From: Phoronis australis
Taxonomy: Eukaryota > Animalia > Phoronida
DNA: 50,381 nucleotides
Direction of reading: 5' to 3'
NCBI GenBank assembly: GCA_002633005.1
Contig: NMRA01000157.1
Location: 348,073-398,453, forward strand
Position numbers and translations under genes: made by a program. Positions within the stretch are counted from its first letter, which is position 1. Each line of letters opens with the position of its first letter. The notes beneath the pieces are model-generated. The model did no database searches and was not told the DNA's origin. It worked only from the letters and a program-made list of their open reading frames with translations. Below, in pieces: positions 1 to 11,252 of the stretch.

Positions 1-1254
1 GATCTCATCTCGTTTTGTTGGGCAATTGAATGTAAGCCTTCCTTTCGTAACATGTGTCTACAACAACGATACAAATACCCGTGCGTACAATTTCTTCATC
101 TTTACCAAGGTTCCAGCCATCGTCATTGCTTGGCAAACACTAAAGTACCAAGACGAACTTCTGCGATGGTGATGTCGTTTGCCGTCGTCTTTGTCAGCGT
201 GTTGGGATTCATCCCGACATTGTCGAGTGAGTTCCATTGACAGCCTCAAGGCTTAATGTTCTGCTTACACCATTCATCATAAATGTTGCATTGATGACAC
301 GAATTACAGTAGCAAGAAACTTCTGGAATTGCAAGGAACTCATTTTTAGTGAGGTGAGATACACGAGAGGTCGTAGCTCGACGAACAGTCTTCGGGGACG
401 CCAACGCTAGCACATTCAGTTCCACAATGGCTGCCACGGTCGTAGTCGGCTTGTGAGTAAAATGTGGCTGTATGGAGTTTTCATTCTCTCTGGCCCACTT
501 TTTAAAACCCTTACGTCTTGTGTCTTTACTTTGCTTCACAGTTTCTGGTGTTCTTGTTCTCACTTCACCCCCAATATCACCATATAGGGACCTTTGCCGT
601 TTCTAACCGCGAAGTAGTTTGGTGAGAATGTTGAACATTAACGATTTACTTCGACATTCAATAGCAAACAGACGTCGTATTCGGACAGAGTGGTATAGCT
701 TTTCTGGCGCATGATTGCTAAACAGTAGTGGTGTTGTGCTATATGACAAATTTCTGTGTGTGACCGAGTCATCTTGGTTATTATTGTTAGCAACTTTTTT
801 ATGGAGACTTACTGAATGTCGCAATCCAGTTCGATATCTGAATTTCCTCCACTGACTGGCACCCAACAACGCAGACCTCCTCCCGATTTCGCTGAACGCA
901 GTAACGTATCTATGCTGAACAACGTGGAACAATTTCATTTTCATACTTCACAGAAACTAATTTCTTTCTGTTAATGATGATTTTTTCCAGAATATTCTAT
1001 GTTTTAACAACAAAAAACGCGACAATGATATTTAAAACATGACTATGTGTCCTTTGATGAGTCTTATGCCGTCATGTCGTATCTATGACTGATTTTAGGG
1101 ACACCTATGCCGTTTTTTCTTAGCCAGGTTAAACAAGACATTGCTGTGACTTCAAACCAACGTTTTTTCTTCGAATAATACCTGTAATTAAAATTTATAG
1201 CAATGCTATTTGACAATAAACGATAAAACAAAAATATGGAAAACCATGACGGCG

Positions 1255-1520
1255 ACATCCCGTTGCTCCCAACTTGTTCGATTGTATAGCCCAACAACGA
1301 GTTGGGAAGTTTACCCCCCGTAGCCAATTAACTCCATTCTGGCGTTGATGGTTGGAGGGCCTGCGCTCTCTTGTTTGATAATTGCACTAATCTCCGATCA
1401 GATCGTATCTAGCCTGACTGGGGTGGGCTGATAAAAATGAAAGTTAAGTTAAGCCAGATATTATCGCACGTTCAGCACCCCTCACGTCTGGAAAAGTTAC
1501 TGAACGACAGGACGTTGTAA
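1255..1520. repeat. Dispersed repeat, inverted copy of 49545-50040 with an internal deletion
   Basis: Shared blocks such as TTGCTCCCAACTTGTTCGATT, AACTCCATTCTGGC and CCCCTCACGTCTGGAAAA. Confidence 0.8.
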
Positions 1521-2568
1521 TGGTACAGAAATCACTACGGCTGGGTATAGTGAAAATGCAGAAAACGTGACTTGAAGCCTTAGAGAGTGCAAAAAATGTG
1601 CACTTCAGTGGAAAATGAACCCACAATAGGGCGGTTCGACAAGTTTTTTTAGGGACTAGTGGTGTCACAAAATTTGTCACAGGAAATGAAATTCTTCATG
1701 GTTTCACTGAGACAACAGGGATGGGTTGGTAATGGAACAATCAAAACCACAATTTGTAAGTTTAGTACACTACTGGAGACGCCATTGATAAAAGAATAAA
1801 GGAATGTTGAGAGTTGATGGGAGTCCTTGGTTTAGCGCAATTGTGATCCTGGAAGATGTAATTTCGGTGCTGTCGTGGCAACTCCGCCCGCACGACTTCA
1901 ACTCACTCTACGATCAGCCAATTTTGAGGAAGTCTTATGGGCTTTCTAGGTGCATCCTCCTTGTTTCTCTGTCGGGATGTCTGTCTTAGTAACGTTTGGT
2001 TTTCCACGCGTGTCCTCGATTTCTACTTCCGCACTAGTACTGTCTTCAATTTTGCACGCGCTAAGACTCAAGTATGTTGCTCCATAGACTATAGTACGTT
2101 GTCTATAATCTATGGTTGCTCATGACGCATGTGGAATGCAGTTTAGTTCGGGTCTTCGGGTACAGACATTTGACCCTGGATCCGCAATGCATGTTGCAAA
2201 CTTTGCACACTTGGTTAGCCCCAGGATGGTATAAATTTGACTAACTTCGGAACAAAGGTATCTCAGAAATGGTTGATGGGATTCATAGGAAAGTTTTAGA
2301 TACTTTGCTTAAGGCAAGGATTTTAATGTGATGTTAGAAATTGTTTCAAAGTTCTCCAATGTTGCATGAAAAGCTATAAAAACAGGACTTTTGTGATTTT
2401 CATGAAAAAAAATCAAAATTTGCATAAACAAATAGTAGACCAACGAATTGACAATATAGAAAAGTTTAACAGCTGTTTGAGGTTTCATCTTCAACATTAT
2501 ATCATATGAATTTTGGCCACGTTATGCCACTGTTCTGCTATCTGTGTTGTCAAAACAACATGATCACG

Positions 2569-2943
2569 TGGTCCGGTTGCATGAAACAGTCCCAAATAGG
2601 GACTCAACTAAGCTCCCTAAATCTTTTTCGTATTTCCTTAGTTCTTCAGGCACAGATGTAGTATTTTACCAACAATGTTATCTTTATTATGAGCTCTTCT
2701 TTGACTAGTGGCGTTTTCTGATAACATACCTAAAAACTAAGCCCTTAATTCAATCAAAATAATTAGGGACTTAGTCCTTAAATTGCAGGGGCGTTGCACG
2801 AAAAGATCTCCTATTTATTTTCAATAACATGGAGAATTCAATGCATAGCACTCTCTCGATTTGTATCAAACCCAAAAATTGATATAGCAATGATACTCAA
2901 ATAGCATAAGATAGGACAATCAGTGTTTTCACTAGTCCACAAA
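2569..2943. mobile_element. Truncated inverted copy of the 14094-14531 MITE
   Basis: Same TIR (GTCCGGTTGCATGAAACAGTCCC) and collinear reverse-complement internal similarity. Confidence 0.7.
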
Positions 2944-3528
2944 CACGCAGTACTGAGCTTAGCTGTGACCCAATTTGGGAGCACTGATCGACACAGGCGT
3001 ATTTGAATGCCATTGAACTGTTTAAAACGTGTGTTTCAACAAAAGCGCTAATAGACCTTTTGGGAGATAAGAAATTGTATGGATTTTTGTCCCCTTTTTT
3101 ACGCCGTATTGGTAAACTCTACTGTGCACAGCGGGAACCTGCTTGAGGTTTGACCTCGCGCTGTGTTTCCACACAAACTCGCGCCGCATGTAGTCTGCTT
3201 CGTAAGTGCAGTATCAACTATTTATTGTTATTAAGGTGAGGTTCACAGCAAAAAATCTCCCAAATTTCATTTAAAAAAATAATTGCCAATTTTGCTCTTT
3301 TGTCGTTTTTCAAGAGCTTCTAACAGCAAGGTGAACACCGCCACGGGGATACTTTAGCAAGGGTACAGAACTTGAACATAGAAAATCATTAACGTGGTGC
3401 TAAACACTTTTTACGGAAAATAAAAAAAAACGCCCGCCATATTGTGTGCTAAATTGATGAGATTTTGTTTATTGATTTCAGATAACAAAGTAAGCTTAGC
3501 ATACTCAGTGGAAAGACGTAGCGGTGCC

Positions 3529-3846
3529 ATGGGCAAGAAAAATACATTCGAAAAGCTGGTGAAAAACTTCTCAGCACCACTCTACGTGGTGCTGACGAGC
3601 TTGGTAATCATACTTCTGATGCTGAATGAAATGGACGTGCAGAAACCAACGTGCCAGGACTGCTCGGAGAAGAAGGAGTTGCAAATTCTGTACGAAACGC
3701 GTATGACTGTGCAATTGGTCATCCTCGCTATGGCCGTATTCAACCTAATTATTGTACTGTTGTACAGCGCAGGGATATTTTGGAAGTTCATTGCTGTTAG
3801 AAGCGAAAGTGCGAAGGCGAAAGGTGTCGGTTTGATAATTGTATGA
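3529..3846 (+). CDS. Uncharacterised 105-aa protein with two predicted transmembrane helices
   Basis: gccATGG Kozak context; upstream pyrimidine tract and acceptor (tttcag, 3476-3481); higher GC than flanks; two hydrophobic segments; AATAAA at 4114-4119. Confidence 0.62.
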   Translation: MGKKNTFEKLVKNFSAPLYVVLTSLVIILLMLNEMDVQKPTCQDCSEKKELQILYETRMTVQLVILAMAVFNLIIVLLYSAGIFWKFIAVRSESAKAKGVGLIIV

Positions 3847-4214
3847 TTGATCTTGACAGTATTTCGAGTGAGAGAGAGAGAGTAAATGTGGCCGCAGGCT
3901 CTGCGCAGACCAAAAGCTACTTTACGATTGGCCAACTGGCTCACTATACCCGGGCTCAAGCATATATTTACCCACTGACTGTTCGTGAAAAAAATCTTTA
4001 TTCATAACTGGAGCTTATAGGGGATCCAATAGTGTTAAGGTTTCGAATAGTCTCAAGTGGCCCAAACTGTCTACTCGACGCAACCTTCACACGACCACAT
4101 CTAATTTCAAAGTAATAAACAATGTAAACAACGCCTCTGTCAAAAAATATTTGATCTATATACAAGACAAGGCCATCGTACTGGTTTGAGATCCCCACCC
4201 CATATGCAATTCCT

Positions 4215-5075
4215 CCGTTGTTCAGTCAGGCATTCAGAAGGTCTACAGTTATGATGTGCATCAACAACTGGAATTCTCTTCCAGTCTCTGTTAAGGAGTG
4301 CAACTCTTTTATGAGTATAAAAATAATTTTAGAACTGTTTTTCATAATTTTGAAAACTCAACAGCCCTGTCTCAATTCTCCCTTGCCCGCGAAAACGAAA
4401 TATCATTGTACAGATCAAGATGCGGTCATTTCCTCAACTCCTACAAATTTAAGCACAAATCAAGTAATGTCTCTCCAAACTGTAAATGTGGTGAACATCA
4501 ATCTTGTCCTCATGTTTACTTCAAATGTCCCCTCATTGAATACCTGAGAGACTCACTCTTTCCTGCACTCAATGATGAACCAATTAATTGTATATGCTCT
4601 CAATTCTTGTAATAATATCCCTACTAAAGTTACATTGTTATTGAAATCAAATAGATGTTGCAATGCCGTGCAGTTACCGACGAATGAAAATATAAAATAG
4701 TAAAACTAGTAAAATCAAAATGACGAGCGTCGGTACTAAAACATATCAAAATACCCCCACGTGTCGAACGATGCGCTCTTTGTCAAGGGTGTGCTACAGA
4801 CTGCTGAGTACGTGTAGATAGATGTAAATAAAATGGCGCAGGGGACCACACAGTGACATGCAATAAACGTGAACAATATGAACACAACAGGACATAGCAA
4901 CTACCAGTGGTAGTTGTACCGGCCGATTTTAGTACCGACGCTCGTCATTTTAGTTTTACTAGTTTTACTATTTTATACATTGTTATTGAATGGTAGTCTG
5001 AACATTGACCTTGTTCTCAATGAATTCCTCCTCAATGTTAGTAAATTTTTATGCATCGCTTTTAAATATTGTTGC
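4215..5075 (+). mobile_element. Degenerate 3' end of a non-LTR retrotransposon (LINE) ORF2, interrupted by an insertion
   Basis: Frameshifted peptides WNSLP...; LN...SPNCKCGEHQSCPHVYFKCP...R..LF (CCHC knuckle); resumes after the insertion as LLLNGSLNIDLVLNE. Confidence 0.72.
4646..4975 (-). mobile_element. Insertion with ~51-bp inverted repeat and 15-bp target duplication; Penelope-like inverted pseudo-LTR fragment
   Basis: TACATTGTTATTGAA at 4631-4645 and 4976-4990; inverted arms 4691-4741 and 4927-4977; hammerhead-like motif at 4753-4792 on the minus strand. The insertion is directly visible; the Penelope label is inferred. Confidence 0.6.
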
Positions 5076-5406
5076 TTCTGATTTCCATACAAGTATCTTT
5101 ACATGTTTTTGTTTTTATATGTTCCTAATAACGTATCTAAATATTGGAATACTTATATTAGCTACTACTTACATGTATATACAAAGATTTTGGAGAATTC
5201 TCCAAAATCCACTCGGGCTCTAGAAAACGGGGGATAACGACTGAGAACATGTAACAATATATATTTATAACCCAACATTAGCCTCAAATGGCCAATGCAA
5301 CCGTGTAATAACCCATTTAGTTATCTCACTGGTGAGATAACATTATTTTTTATGAGTTCAGTTATTTAGTTCACGCTTACTTTCACGATCACGGTTTCGA
5401 ACCCGG

Positions 5407-5558
5407 GCGTGCGTTCAGTAGACGCTAGGACCTACGCTAGGACCTAGCTAAAACCTAGTCAAAGTCACGTGTTCTCATTTAAAATACACGGCAATTTCTC
5501 ACTTTATCTCGCGAAGTCTTGCTTTTTAGCGAGGTCCTAGCGTTACTGAATGGGAGGC
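5407..5558. mobile_element. Small MITE
   Basis: Inverted ends TTCAGTAGACGCTAGGACCT / AGGTCCTAGCGTTACTGAA. Confidence 0.55.
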
Positions 5559-6799
5559 AAGCCTCAAGAGTTTCGGGTCGCCCACTTTATCACTACACCC
5601 AATGAGATAAATATAACTAGAGTTGAAGTCACGTGGTTTTCGTTGAGCGGAGTGGTCCGCCATCTTGCTGATGAACCATGTTCATTGAGATGCGTGTGTA
5701 CTGTGTAGTATCTAGGAACTAATATTGGTAACAACACGAGATTTCTAGTAAAAACTCGTAGCTTTAATGTTAGTATCATCAAGTACAAACTAGGATTTTT
5801 TGAAAATCATCCAAGAAAATCATTACATGCTTGAACACAGAATTAAATGGTCTTTATAGCAGAAAACATAAAAACTGATAAAGTTTGATTTCTAGTATAA
5901 AGATTAGACCCAGAATCAATTATATAATTTTTTGTCTTCTAAGGTTTAATAATTTCCATAAAAACGATATTTTAATTCAGTGAAATTTTTCTCTCGTGTT
6001 CTCTCACTTGTAAATCACCGATCTCCAATTTGAATGCGGGTATCGTGTCGTCGGGATCCTTTGACTTCAGCATTATAGTCAGTTACTAGTGGTAACCTAC
6101 TTTAGCAGATGATATTTTCCCGGTCGAAGCTTAGCGTGATAAAATGTGTAGTAAGCTATAATAGTTCCTAAACCTTAATTTATAGATTCACTTTATTTCT
6201 ATTTTGTTTAAATTTTCTATTGATTTTGAGTAAAAGCATTATTTGACAAAAATATCTCGGCTTTTCGAAAAAGGTCACGACCTCCGACCCCGGGCCTCTG
6301 AAGAATTAAAAAGGGGCCACAGGTTTCTCGTTGATTTTTATTTGGTTAGGGTTCTCAATCTTTATTCTTTGCTTCAGTATGAACACTATTCTTTTGTCTA
6401 TAAATGTTCTTAAAGTTTATTTGCAAGAAAATTAGCACCTTTTCCAACTGAAAATCCTTATTCTGCCGAGGTTTGCTGGATATCATCGAACTAGACACGT
6501 AAATACTGTGCTGTTGTAAAACCTTTTTTGTTACTGTAACGTGAATACGCACGCGCAATTAAGTACACGTTCACATCGCTTTGCGTGAATCACATCACTG
6601 TGTCTGTGATATGGGCGGCCGACTCCAGCCACTTTCAGGCTACTACGAACTAAACTATCCCTAAATCCAACGTAATTGAGTTCTCTAATAGCCTAGTTTA
6701 ACGCAGAAAACTCGTCGATGGAAGGTGATGACGACAATTTTAATATACCAGCACGAAAACAACAGCAGAACAGACCCTCATAGTAAACTCGAACGTACT

Positions 6800-6855
6800 G
6801 GAAGCAAAATGGCGGGAAATTCTTAACCCCTTGAATGTCACTTCCGGAGTGGGGC
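6800..6855. promoter_or_regulatory. Candidate promoter motif cluster
   Basis: AAAATGGCGGGAAA (YY1/E2F-like) and CACTTCCGG (ETS-like) in CpG-containing sequence; target gene unknown. Confidence 0.3.
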
Positions 6856-7480
6856 ACGACAAATAAATAGAGTTATAGGAAGCCGTAATTAACTGAAACA
6901 TATGTCATGAAAATGACATGAAAAAGGTTGCGTGCGAAGTAAATACATTTTTTTATTGTTTCACTTGCTTGGACAAATTATTTTGGGCGCGTACGTGCTA
7001 TTAATGACATTTTACACTTTCAAATAATTGTTACATTAAATTTTTATGAAATGTTCAATGTTCATAAAACTTAAAAGCATACGTACTCTTTTGAAACTAC
7101 AACCGTTTATTTGTTACGACTGATACAACATGCAATGTATATATTTCGTTGCTTTTGGAATCGGGCTTTACGAGTGATTTTTTAAAATTGTTGTCACATC
7201 AAGACTTTGCAGTACAGCCACGTGATGTTCATAAAATCTTAAGGCGATTCATGCAGTAAGATATTATGCTTTTTAAAAATATTACTAACGGTAAGCCACC
7301 TATCGGCCTTCTTGCACACTTAGGTGGCGCTGCAATACATGATTAAATAAGTTGAAATAGAATTGCCCTGCAATCGGTCCGACCAACAAGAAAAGGAAGT
7401 GGTAAAATTAATGTCGTATTCAATGGTAAATTAAATATTGGGGTGAATTTCGTCCAGGTGGCCGAATCAGGCTGTTCAGT

Positions 7481-7655
7481 CCCTGTCACCACGCGCACGG
7501 CAGGTCGAAACCAGCCGCTCCCTGTCGCGCGACACTAGTGGTCGAACCGCACAAGTTGCCCTGTCCCTGTCACCATGCGCACGACAGGTCGAAACAAGAC
7601 GCTCTCTCTATCACCACGCACATGTCAGGTCGAAACGGGTTGCTCTGCCCCTGCC
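7481..7655. repeat. GC-rich tandem repeat, ~42-bp unit, 4 copies
   Basis: Unit CCCTGTCACCACGCGCACGGCAGGTCGAAAC... Confidence 0.8.
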
Positions 7656-8155
7656 AGTAAATGGGCACAAATACAATACTTAACGCACAAGCAGACTTTC
7701 AGACTAGTGAACTTTGTAGTTGTGAATCAGTGACTTCGGAGTAGTGAATATACTGAGTGGCGAGCGGTGAAGACCTTCGCAACATCACATGTTAACCAGC
7801 AAATCGTACCACAAAGGCAAAGACGGAAGTACCAACTACGTGACATAATGTATCAGTGCGCAAGTCATCATGGACTCCAGAACGGCGAAAAAGTCGCCTA
7901 CTCAGAATGAGTCCAGGGCCTTAAAAACACCAAGCTCTCAGAAAATTTATCCCGCGGTAGGCCTATCATTTGATTGGGAGCATTTTCGGACATTAGGCAG
8001 CAGGTAAACAAAGGAGTGAGATATAGTAAAACGTTGCTTTTAGTAGTACACGCATTTTCGCCGGGTGGGAACCTTAAATTTATGTAGGCGCCTAGAGAAA
8101 TGTCCAGCTGAATTTAAATAGCTTTGAAACCTCATATCTTAGGAATGGCTAATCC

Positions 8156-8457
8156 AGGAATATTCCTGGACTGCGCCTTTACAACATTAGTGTTCAAATA
8201 AAAGGTTCAAGTCCATTGCCTCAGGGCTCACCCTGGACGCGTCACTCTTCCCGCCAAAAACACATTAAGTTTCTAGTCAACTTACCTCCAGTCGGGTAAA
8301 ACGCGACTCTGGTTCTTGTTTCTGGGGTTTCTGTTTCATATGTTAACACTTTAAACACACTAAGTCTGTTGGACACAACTTTTTGAAAAAAGGCACACTT
8401 TTTATCATCAGGTGCGCCTAAAGGACACAGATTCAAGCCTGGTCAGGAACTTCCCTG
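8156..8457. mobile_element. hAT-like MITE; inverted relative of 20085-20450
   Basis: Ends CAGGAATATTCCTG / CAGGAACTTCCCTG; the block GAAAAAAGGCACACTTTTTATCATCA is shared with 20115-20145 in reverse. Confidence 0.6.
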
Positions 8458-10415
8458 TTAATCCATTGGACTCGTGTGAAAGTTTAACCATTACCATTGC
8501 CTTATATCGGCACAGTAATCCTTAATGTGTTTTTTAAGTGGTCAATTTTTGCGTGCTAGTGGCTAACAAAAGTTAGATTTCACGATCTTTATGGAAAGAC
8601 TCAAAATTTGAATGGAATGAAAACGAAATTCGGCCATGTTACTGGCACCCTTGTTTTTTATGAATGTTCCTATTTTTGCTACGTTTTACTAAAACGAATA
8701 TGCATGTTCCGACGTGATCCAGCGGTAGTGCTGTAGTGGTAAAATTAGAGGTAAGTAGGCGCCCAAAGCCCACCGTATCACCTTGAGCACTGAACGTAAC
8801 TTACGGTGCGTAGGTGCTACGTTCAATTGCCAAAAGGTGGTTGGCTGCGCCTACGTGCGCCTATGCCCTACTACAGCTTTGCCCACCGGCGGGGTGCATT
8901 GATAAGTGAAAAATGAAATTCTACAGGCTTTCTTTCAGATACATTCTAATTTGACAAAGGAACAACTTGAGACCAACGTGATGCTATAAATCGCCCTGAG
9001 TTTATTTTTTTTTTGAGACGTAAGGAGAGTTAGTAGCCGATATGACTAATTTGAAAACAGTAAAATGGGTGCCCAATGTTTGAACGGCGACAGATGAACG
9101 TCACGCTCATTTATCATCGCATCTACGATACGGAATTGAACCATATCTGATCGCCCAACACGACACACGTAAGGTATATACTGATATCATTGTTTCGACT
9201 TCAATTAGTTCTTTATAAAGCAGACGAACCTAATCAAATTTGTCTTACTATTAAATTTTATAACACTTAATCATAATTTGTCACATTATGTGCTAAGCCC
9301 TGAATTTTTGTGGCAGTGAATTTATGCAGACAGTAAGCATACGACTTCAGTGCCGTTTCTGGGACTTGACAGTCTTCAGTAAAAATGGAACTTATGCTGG
9401 CAAAGGGAAGTACAAAGTAAGTGCGACATCCCTCCCTTTATCAATTGGATAACAGCTACCCACTGAGATTTCACACCTCGGCCTGTTTAACCGACCAATT
9501 CACAAATTGTGATAATCATGTGCGCCGCATAATCAAATGCTGGGTAAAAGGTACACGGTACTGTAGACCAAGATCTGCAACGTTACCGTTTTGAAAGACA
9601 GGTTCTCGCCAAATTAGTCCTAAGTCTTAAAAAAGATGACGTTGATATTCAGGCGATAATTAATCTGTGTTGATCAACACTCGTCAGCCTGTAGTATCCG
9701 TGGGCGGCGCACCATAAGGGGCTGGGAGGGGGGGGCTAAAGCCCCCTCTTATTTCAGTGCTGCGTCGCCCATGTATACTGGCCAGATTGTATTGTGACCC
9801 TACTGCCAAAGTACGACTGGTCCAAGTAACAGTGTTCAACTATTTAAGGTTATGTAGGACCTTCCAAGGAATAAAATCTAAATTTAGCTAACTTGGGAAC
9901 GTTATACCTCAGAAATGACTGTTTGCATTAACATGAAACTATCAGATAGTGGGCGTCATGCATGGTTCTCCTAAACGCTAAGAAATATTTAAAGGTTACT
10001 TTTTTCCATAAGGAACTATACAAAAATAGGACTTTATACGCAAAAATAAAACGAAAGGGAAGTGATTATTTAGAAAACTGTAGCGGAGATTTCGAGATTT
10101 CATCTTGAACATTTATATCTAGGAGAAATTAGGTCATGTTACCGAAACCGTTGTTTCGCTATCAGTGTTCCTGTTTTAGTTTTGCAAAGTTTCACCTAAC
10201 AGACATGGTCACGTGACCAATCAATGTCAGACTGATGAAAAGTCAGATATCAAATTCTGCTGACTTTTTACTGTGTTAAAATCTGTAGTTTGTAAATACT
10301 TGACAAAACACTCGGACTTGTCGATATGGTTTTATATAACCTCAGAAGTTTTGAATTGTAGGGCTATACCTGACTGCTAACGGAATTCGAATAGTTGGAG
10401 GACAAAAAAAAAATC

Positions 10416-11252
10416 ATGTCAAACAGAAGAAGAAACTCCGATGAGGTTGGCGCCTCCCTGAAGAACGTTCGCCGTCAGCGTCTTCTGGAGCAGGAGATGA
10501 ATCGAATCGATGGAATGTGGGATCAAAAAGTGAAAGCGATGACGAAGACCAAGTTAGATCTGACGTACAACTTGACAGGCCTCATCGAAGACATGAAAAG
10601 CGCCGAGTATCTCCACAGTGGCTTGACGGGGGACGAACTAAAGGCACACAGAGAACAGTACTACAGCAAAATTAAGAAGATTAAAAGTTTAAAGATGGAC
10701 AAATATTCTCTGCGTCAACCCGATCCCGCTGATCGAATGCCATTGCCGCCAATATCATTGCAAGCAGAAGGCAAAAGTGGTCTTGGTGCTCGCCAGTCTT
10801 TCAATAAAAAGACACCAAGAAGAGTGTCGTTTGGCGGTGTAACAGACATGCCAACTTTACAGGAAACTGTTTTCGAAGGCAAACGTTCTTCGTCGCCTTC
10901 AGCTGAAGACGCGCCTACAGAAGGCGAATTGAACGAGGACTTGAACGGCGAACGACGCAATTCATTACCAGAAAGTGCAACGCTGCCGCCATTACGCAAA
11001 CTGCCTCCTGGAGTTCAGATGGGGCGCAGACGATCGGATACACCACATATGTATTCAACCGAGAGATTGGGAAATGAATCTGTAGGAAAAGTAACAGCAG
11101 TTAAACAAAAACGGAGTTTTTCCATCGCCGTACCCATGACAATGCACACGAAACCCAAAGCTCTGCTATCGACTGACGTTGTGAAGCCTAAATTTGAACG
11201 ACCGTGTGATGTTCTAAGCCGCAGGAAATTAAGTATTCCAGACAACAAATAA
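10416..11252 (+). CDS. Uncharacterised 278-aa protein: N-terminal coiled coil, disordered Ser/Arg-rich C-terminus
   Basis: 837-nt ORF; in-frame TAG just upstream at 10392-10394; candidate acceptor ttgtag ending 10361; AATAAA at 11601-11606; frame intact in the second haplotype copy. Confidence 0.78.
   Translation: MSNRRRNSDEVGASLKNVRRQRLLEQEMNRIDGMWDQKVKAMTKTKLDLTYNLTGLIEDMKSAEYLHSGLTGDELKAHREQYYSKIKKIKSLKMDKYSLRQPDPADRMPLPPISLQAEGKSGLGARQSFNKKTPRRVSFGGVTDMPTLQETVFEGKRSSSPSAEDAPTEGELNEDLNGERRNSLPESATLPPLRKLPPGVQMGRRRSDTPHMYSTERLGNESVGKVTAVKQKRSFSIAVPMTMHTKPKALLSTDVVKPKFERPCDVLSRRKLSIPDNK

Noticed and set aside
7481-7655. CRISPR-like repeat-spacer array
   Set aside because: Units are degenerate, linkers are short and not spacer-like, the context is eukaryotic and there are no cas genes.
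10903-10930. Hammerhead-like CTGAAGA-stem-GAAT
   Set aside because: Lacks GAAA and stems I/III, and lies within a coding ORF.
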